DNA from: Opitutaceae bacterium
GTDB lineage: Bacteria; Verrucomicrobiota; Verrucomicrobiia; Opitutales; Coraliomargaritaceae
DNA: 64,000 nt
Direction: 5' to 3'
Assembly: GCA_051252375.1 (NCBI GenBank)
Contig: JBPOFY010000008.1
Span: 91,485 to 155,484, forward strand
The notes beneath the pieces are model-generated. The model was not told where the DNA came from and did no database searches. It saw only the letters and a program-made list of their open reading frames with translations. Shown here in pieces: positions 58,781-64,000 of this stretch. The translations under genes and the position numbers were made by a program. Position 1 is the first letter of the stretch. Each line of letters starts with the position of its first letter.

Positions 58781-59443
58781 CTACGGTCTTACCAAGACTT
58801 TACCCGCGGCACCTAGCCCTAAGGTAAGGCTGAGCGACTCATCACCCAACTCGAGCTCGACCGACTCAGCACTCAAGCTGCGGCGAACGACGCGAAGCGT
58901 GGCACCGGGATTGAGCCCTGCGCCGGCAATGTATTGCAGGAAATCTGTGTCTTGATCACTAATGCGTGCCACAGAAACGGCCTCGTTCAGTGGGCATTCG
59001 ATTAAATTTTCTAAGCGATCTTTGATGACCTCACCTTCCGCAGTCGGAATCGGATCGCCATGTGGATCTTCAGTGGGGTGGCCTAAATATTTGTCAATTC
59101 GCTCAAGCAACAGATCGGACACGACGTGCTCCAATTGCTCTGCCTCCTCGTGCACTTCCGACCAATCAAAACCAAGAACAGACACAAGGAATTGCTCGAT
59201 CAATCGATGCCGGCGTAGAACGTGTAACGCGAGCGTGCGACCCTGCGGGGTAAGACAAACTCCAACGCGTGGCGCGTAATCAACCAACCCGGCATCGGAA
59301 AGTGCCTTCACCATCGTGGTCGCAGTGCCAGGCACCACACTCAATGCCTCAGCTATGCGACCCATTGAAACCTCCGCATTTCCTGACGCTTCTGCGATCA
59401 AGTATATCTGCTTAATATAGTCTTCGACTGTGGAAGTGGCCAT
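58781..59443 (-). CDS. DtxR/MntR-family metal-dependent regulator with FeoA domain
   Basis: 'TVEDYIKQIY', 'RRHRLIEQFL', 'VHEEAEQLEH', 'DPHGDPIP'. Confidence 0.92.
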   Translation of the reverse strand: MATSTVEDYIKQIYLIAEASGNAEVSMGRIAEALSVVPGTATTMVKALSDAGLVDYAPRVGVCLTPQGRTLALHVLRRHRLIEQFLVSVLGFDWSEVHEEAEQLEHVVSDLLLERIDKYLGHPTEDPHGDPIPTAEGEVIKDRLENLIECPLNEAVSVARISDQDTDFLQYIAGAGLNPGATLRVVRRSLSAESVELELGDESLSLTLGLGAAGKVLVRP

Positions 59444-59514
59444 AGAGCGATCAAATCACTGATCAACAACAGATGGCAAAGTTCTTTTTCGTGAACATTT
59501 GCCATTCCTCTGCT

Positions 59515-59529
59515 TTCAGCCTAACTAAA
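59515..59529. promoter_or_regulatory. Candidate DtxR/MntR-type operator upstream of the permease
   Basis: TTCAG-CCTAA-CTAAA imperfect palindrome whose AGCCTAAC core resembles the DtxR box. Confidence 0.45.
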
Positions 59530-59534
59530 CGAAT

Positions 59535-60653
59535 ATGGTCGATTTCCTCATGCAATTTATGGTCAACACATGGCGGTTGATAGCAGAGATGGCTGCCTAC
59601 CTTCTGTTTGGTTTCGCAGTCGCTGGCTTGCTGCATGTATTGATTCGTCCAGAGCGCGTGCGCCAAATGCTGGGCAAGTCCGGCGTCGGCACCGTCATCA
59701 AAGCCTGCCTCATCGGCGTCCCGATGCCCCTATGTTCCTGCTCAGTCATTCCAGTCGCAGCGTCGCTGCGAAAGAGCGGTGCCAGCCGTGGAGCCACCGC
59801 GTCGTTTCTCAGCTCAACCCCGCAAACCGGAGTCGATAGCATTCTGGCAACCTACGCGTTAATGGGCGGAGTTTTCACCATCGTCAGAGTGATCGTCGCC
59901 TTCATTTCTGGTCTCGTATCCGGAGTGCTTGTCGACCTTTTTGCCAAAGAGCCGAAGCCATCCGCACCACAACTGCACCCAAACATTGATCTATCACCAA
60001 TACAACAGTCAGCTGCCTCAAGTAGCGTATCATTCGGAAGTCTAGCACCGCTCCCTGCCTCCAAACCTACACTTCCTACTCAGCAAAAACGGGGCGCTAA
60101 AGACGCATTCAAGCACGGTTTTATCACGCTCCCAGCCGATCTGGCGACCGCGTTAATTGTCGGCCTTGTCCTCGCAGGCCTCATCACCTCAGTCATGCCA
60201 GACGATTTACTCAGTGGACAATGGAGCCACGGCATCCTCGCTTTCCTACTCGCCACGCTCATTAGCCTGCCTCTCTACGTTTGCGCAACGGCATCCATCC
60301 CGATGGCCTACGCACTCATCGCAGCCGGCCTCTCCCCAGGAGCCGCACTGATTTTTCTGATCGTCGGTCCCGCCACCAATACAGCTACCATCGTCGCGGT
60401 TTGGAAAATGCTCGGACAGCGAGCGACCCTCATTTACATCGGCAGTCTTGTCGTCATTTCATGGCTCGCTGGTGCGCTCTTTAATGCAACTCTAAGTGCC
60501 GAGAAAATGAGTGCGGGGATCCACCAACACGAGCAAATGTCGATTGCACTCTGGCAACATCTCTCTGGTGGGATGCTCATCGCGCTACTACTCTTCGCGA
60601 TCATAAACAGTCGCAAAAAAACAACCTATAAACCGAGTTGTTGCGCAGCTTAA
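59535..60653 (+). CDS. DUF318/ArsP-type (SO_0444-like) metal permease
   Basis: 'GVPMPLCSCSVIP', 'SFLSSTPQTGVDS', 'PLYVCATASIP', 'GPATN'. Confidence 0.85.
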   Translation: MVDFLMQFMVNTWRLIAEMAAYLLFGFAVAGLLHVLIRPERVRQMLGKSGVGTVIKACLIGVPMPLCSCSVIPVAASLRKSGASRGATASFLSSTPQTGVDSILATYALMGGVFTIVRVIVAFISGLVSGVLVDLFAKEPKPSAPQLHPNIDLSPIQQSAASSSVSFGSLAPLPASKPTLPTQQKRGAKDAFKHGFITLPADLATALIVGLVLAGLITSVMPDDLLSGQWSHGILAFLLATLISLPLYVCATASIPMAYALIAAGLSPGAALIFLIVGPATNTATIVAVWKMLGQRATLIYIGSLVVISWLAGALFNATLSAEKMSAGIHQHEQMSIALWQHLSGGMLIALLLFAIINSRKKTTYKPSCCAA

Positions 60654-60704
60654 TCCTGCGAAAAGGAATTGCCCCGCCGCATCTAGCCGCTCAGCTTCAC
60701 AGAC

Positions 60705-61694
60705 TTGGAAGGCATACAGGCACAGATCGAACAATTCGCCGGCGGATGGACGCCGCTGGTTTACATTGGACTCTTCATCCTCAGTTCGACTCTCATTCTT
60801 TGGCGTCTCGAGATGATGTCGCACCGGGGGGTCGAAGGCACCGTGCTCGGCACCCTTTTCATGCCTTACTTTTCTGGACTGGGAAATTTAATCTTCGTCG
60901 CAGTGGTGCTCATGCAAGAAGGACCTGCCGAGGAAGTCGCGATCAACAGTTGGACCAACAACATCACAAACCTCTGCCTCTTACTTGCACTACCGGCACT
61001 GATCTGGGGGCTCGACTTGAAGCCAGGTTCCAAAGCACAGAAGGCGGTGAGAGAATCCAAGCTGCACCGCCTGTCCTTGGCGCTGACACTCGTGGCAATG
61101 ATTTTCTTCAGCCTAACTGTCTGGATACTAGGGCAAGATGGCAGCATTGATCGCTTCGATGGCTTTGCCCTCGTCGGACTTTTTCTCTTTTGGCAATCCT
61201 TCCATGTCTTTGAAGTGCTCAAGGAAAACACCCGAAGCAATAGCAGTTGGCACCCATTAATCATCGTAGATATCGCGTTGATCCTAATCGGCAGCTTAGC
61301 CACTTTAATTGCTGTCGATGGCATCGTCGCAGCGATCATGGCTAGCGAAGGTAATTTCATCGGTCCCAAGCAGCTCGGGCTCCTCACCGGTTGGTTGATG
61401 GTTCTACCCAATGCGGTGCTCGCATTTTACTACGCCTATCAAGGCAGAGCCGACGTGGTTTACAGCTCGCAAGTCGGCGATGGTCATATCTGCATCCCGC
61501 TCTGTATCGGTGCCTTTGCGATTTTTCAACCCATGCCCCTGCCTGAGTTGTTCAATCAAGGCTTACTCTTTCTCGCAGGAGCCGCCCTGCTACACCTTCT
61601 TTGCGTAGTGATTTTAAAAAGACTACCAAAGTTCATCGCCGCCGCCTTAGTCGCCGCTTACGGATACAGCCTCTACTGGCAATTAACGGCATAA
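60705..61694 (+). CDS. Ca2+/cation (Na/Ca) antiporter-like membrane protein
   Basis: Two-repeat multi-TM protein with divergent alpha repeats ('GTLFMPYFSGLGN...NNITN', 'MVLPNA...SSQVGD'). Confidence 0.65.
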   Translation: MEGIQAQIEQFAGGWTPLVYIGLFILSSTLILWRLEMMSHRGVEGTVLGTLFMPYFSGLGNLIFVAVVLMQEGPAEEVAINSWTNNITNLCLLLALPALIWGLDLKPGSKAQKAVRESKLHRLSLALTLVAMIFFSLTVWILGQDGSIDRFDGFALVGLFLFWQSFHVFEVLKENTRSNSSWHPLIIVDIALILIGSLATLIAVDGIVAAIMASEGNFIGPKQLGLLTGWLMVLPNAVLAFYYAYQGRADVVYSSQVGDGHICIPLCIGAFAIFQPMPLPELFNQGLLFLAGAALLHLLCVVILKRLPKFIAAALVAAYGYSLYWQLTA

Positions 61695-61761
61695 AAAAAC
61701 ACCGTTCTTGAGGGAACGGTGTTTCTTTAAACAAACAAACTAACTAAACACAGTGGTTTAT
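61693..61761 (-). ncRNA. Candidate ECF-dependent small RNA, copy 1 (~70 nt)
   Basis: Promoter TTTTGAACG-N17-TCTA (61798-61769), body AUAAACCACUGUGUUUAGUUAGUUUGUUUGUUUAAAG, terminator AAACACCGUUC/GAACGGUGUUU plus U-tract. Confidence 0.6.
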
Positions 61762-61972
61762 GTAGTAATAGACGCTTAGAGGGGCTCCGCGTTCAAAATT
61801 TCGAAAGTTTTTTGAAAATAATTATTTTCGGCTTAAAATCCTTCATCCAAAGCACCACCATATTCCTACCTAACCAACAGGTTACGAGCTAGTTGCGCTA
61901 TTCGACAAAACAATGAGTCCCATTTCGACATGAAGCAATAAATCGCAAGCGCGCGACCATATGAATCTGGGC

Positions 61973-62041
61973 AAAAAAGAACGCCGCCCCTTTCGGGAAC
62001 GGCGTCTTAACAAACAACAAAAACTATGATTAAAAGTTATA
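61973..62041 (-). ncRNA. Candidate ECF-dependent small RNA, copy 2 (~70 nt)
   Basis: Promoter TTTTGAACG-N17-TCTA (62077-62048), body AUAACUUUUAAUCAUAGUUUUUGUUGUUUGUUAAG, terminator ACGCCGUUCCC/GGGGCGGCGU plus U-tract. Confidence 0.6.
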
Positions 62042-62132
62042 TAAAGATAGACGCAAAAAGGGCCCTCGCGTTCAAAATCTTGTATCTTTTTTCTAGTTAT
62101 TTTGATAAAAATTCAGCCACTTCCATAAGTGC

Positions 62133-62498
62133 CTATAATTCAGTATACTTATCACTTCGACCTTTTGCCTTTTCCACCGGATATTTTTCACCATTCCGTT
62201 TAATTTTCGCCTCAATCGCAGCCGAAATGTCGATTCCGGTCATATTTGCGAACTGAATGGCGAAAAGAAAGATATCGGCCAGCTCTTCCTTCACCTTCGC
62301 TTGAAGTTTCTCACTGCAGGCATCCTCGCGCGACTGTTCAGGGGTCTGCCAAAGAAAATGCTCCATCAACTCAGCCGCTTCCGCCGAAATAGCCATCGAC
62401 AGGTTTTTTGGGGAATGAAACTGCTCCCAATCCCGCTCTTTCGTAAATGCTAGGGCCCGATCTTTAATTTCCTGAAGGCAAGTATCTGTGTCGTTCAT
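62133..62498 (-). CDS. MazG-like nucleotide pyrophosphohydrolase (DCTPP1/RS21-C6 type)
   Basis: 'ERDWEQFHSPKNLSMAISAEAAELMEHFLW', 'EELADI', 'KYPVEKAKG'. Confidence 0.88.
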   Translation of the reverse strand: MNDTDTCLQEIKDRALAFTKERDWEQFHSPKNLSMAISAEAAELMEHFLWQTPEQSREDACSEKLQAKVKEELADIFLFAIQFANMTGIDISAAIEAKIKRNGEKYPVEKAKGRSDKYTEL

Positions 62499-62555
62499 AA
62501 TGAAAGAGATATGCGGCCACTCTCCGAGCGCAAGACTCCATAAAGAATAGATTCA

Positions 62556-63794
62556 CTAACAATCCGGCTTATGAAGCACCACGATCCGATTTGTATTAGT
62601 GCCCTTCCTCCTATTGGAAACACCCCAGCAATTGGCCGTTTTTGTAAATGCCTGCTGATTCACCATGATATAATCAACCTCCAGACCTGAAGCCGCCGCT
62701 GCTTCCACGACTAAAGTCTCCATTAATACACGGCCACCGCGTATTTCCCCGACCTCAAAAGCCACATGTCCACCTGGCACAAGCACACGTTCTAATTCAA
62801 TAAACACGCGGGACATTGCCGCGATCCAATCGTGCGGAGACCTTAACTGCCAAATAGGTATCGTTTCGGAATCGATACCATTGAACCAACAACGTAGCCA
62901 ATTATCCGTTCGGTAGTCCACAACATCAAGAAACGGCGGTGAAGTGACGACCAAATGAACACTTTCACTTTTAATTGAAGGTGTTTGCGTGCAGCTGCCG
63001 GTCAAAAGTTGCGATTCAGCGCTCAAATCCGAAAGGATCTCTACGGTCTGCCGATCGACATTCCTCAGTAACGCACGACTTTTCTTTAGGATGATGGCTT
63101 TTACATCGCGAATCGGTGGCGTTTGGTGGCGTTTTGCATTGATGACTAATTGCCGTTCGGCAGTGACAGCCTGATTTGGCGGCATGGTATAGACCGAAAA
63201 GAAGCCAGGCGAGTGCCCGGTCAGGCGATTTGTTGCGACCATTCGAATCCATTGATCCACATAATCGATCTCACCGTCTGTTTCTCGTCGGATGAAATAC
63301 GCCCGCAAAGCTGAAATGTGCCCTAAAGTCCGAGGGTGATAGAATGCCAAAAGTGGCTCGGGCTCCAAAACTTCATCCACATCGATGTCAATTTCCGCTA
63401 AACGGGCCTCGATTTCATCTAAAGTTGGAAGGGTAAAACGTGGCTCGATTAGAATGCGACTCAAAGGATTGATATCACAGCCAATTGGCTTTCGCCCGCG
63501 AAGTGCCGCTTCCAACAAAGTCGTGCCTCTCCCCATGAATGGATCATAAATCACATCGCCAGCTTGAGTGTAGCGCTTGATGAAAAAGCTAGGTAGTTGC
63601 GGCTTGAAGCAAGCACGATAGGAAATTTCATGCAATGGGTTCGCAGCACGCTGCCTCGAAGTCCAAAATTCATTGGTCAACATCATGACCGGAGCACCGC
63701 CTATCTCGATGTGCTGGCATCTTGTTGATCGACCAAAGCTCGAAAAGTCCAATACCTCCGCAACACGCCCATCTATTAGCTCAAACTTCACCAC
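62556..63794 (-). CDS. Site-specific amino-DNA methyltransferase (SPPF, probably N4-cytosine); start uncertain
   Basis: Motif I 'DPFMGRGTT' precedes motif IV 'VTSPPF'. Also 'HEISYRACFKPQLP'. Confidence 0.8.
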   Translation of the reverse strand: MVKFELIDGRVAEVLDFSSFGRSTRCQHIEIGGAPVMMLTNEFWTSRQRAANPLHEISYRACFKPQLPSFFIKRYTQAGDVIYDPFMGRGTTLLEAALRGRKPIGCDINPLSRILIEPRFTLPTLDEIEARLAEIDIDVDEVLEPEPLLAFYHPRTLGHISALRAYFIRRETDGEIDYVDQWIRMVATNRLTGHSPGFFSVYTMPPNQAVTAERQLVINAKRHQTPPIRDVKAIILKKSRALLRNVDRQTVEILSDLSAESQLLTGSCTQTPSIKSESVHLVVTSPPFLDVVDYRTDNWLRCWFNGIDSETIPIWQLRSPHDWIAAMSRVFIELERVLVPGGHVAFEVGEIRGGRVLMETLVVEAAAASGLEVDYIMVNQQAFTKTANCWGVSNRRKGTNTNRIVVLHKPDC

Positions 63795-63834
63795 TAAGGT
63801 AATAGTATCACAGATTTCACGCTGAAAGTACAAC

Positions 63835-63871
63835 AAAAAAGACCCGCAGCTCCTTTTGGGAACTGCGGGTC
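63835..63871 (-). terminator. Terminator downstream of 5S rRNA
   Basis: GACCCGCAG...CTGCGGGTC stem with a U-tract on the minus strand. Confidence 0.85.
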
Positions 63872-63876
63872 ATAAT

Positions 63877-63992
63877 ACTGGCGATAACCTACTCTCGCAC
63901 CCCAGCGTGGGGGCACTACCATCGGCGGTTGCAGGCTTAACGAGCGTGTTCGAGATGGGAACGTGTGTTTCCCTGCACCTATGGTCACCAGA
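63877..63992 (-). rRNA. rrf: 5S ribosomal RNA
   Basis: Minus strand CTGGTGACCATAG...CGTTCCCATCTCGAACACG...GCCGATGGTAGTG...GCGAGAGTAGGTTATCGCCAG. Confidence 0.95.
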
Positions 63993-64000
63993 GTGGTGTG

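Noticed and set aside
61693..62077. CRISPR array interpretation of the duplicated units or of the REP doublets
   Set aside because: Only two divergent copies, no regular repeat-spacer periodicity and no cas genes.
62026..62256. Plus-strand 76-aa ORF (MIKSYIKIDAK...) across the second repeat unit
   Set aside because: It overlaps the MazG-like gene antisense. The paralogous unit has a stop in the equivalent frame (IDA*), so the similarity is better explained by minus-strand promoter boxes.

Overview
This 64-kb bacterial chromosome segment uses genetic code 11 and is mostly housekeeping genes. Gene content, protein style and A/C-rich leaders poor in Shine-Dalgarno motifs suggest Verrucomicrobiota (Opitutia, Coraliomargarita-like); this is inference only. 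In order it holds: partial recQ, rpsR, sua5, pyc, an ECF sigma/anti-sigma pair, tRNA-Lys, mutY, an orphan GspE ATPase, vapBC, rsmJ, hemW, tlyA-nadK-cca, rpmJ/rpmE type B (rpmJ is missing from the ORF track), a TPR-ExbB-ExbD-TonB-like cluster and tRNA-Arg. It continues with a small GbsR/MarR regulon with two operator copies, a nitrate-type ABC transporter with NasS-like sensor, LysR, moaA and moeA, glgM(glgA)-glgE, katG, NfeD-flotillin, rlmF, a DtxR-type regulator with a metal permease, a DCTPP1-like pyrophosphatase, an orphan amino-DNA methyltransferase and 5S rRNA. The most striking unannotated signal is two tandem paralogous ~70-nt non-coding units at 61.7-62.1 kb on the minus strand. Each has the same ECF-type promoter (TTTTGAACG-N17-TCTA), a U/G-rich body and an intrinsic terminator. 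The same promoter geometry lies upstream of the window's ECF sigma gene, suggesting an ECF-controlled sibling sRNA system. Other signals include several REP-like palindrome families, short-period intergenic repeats and an in-frame TGA splitting a DUF2059-like gene. All family assignments come from motif recognition, not database searches.
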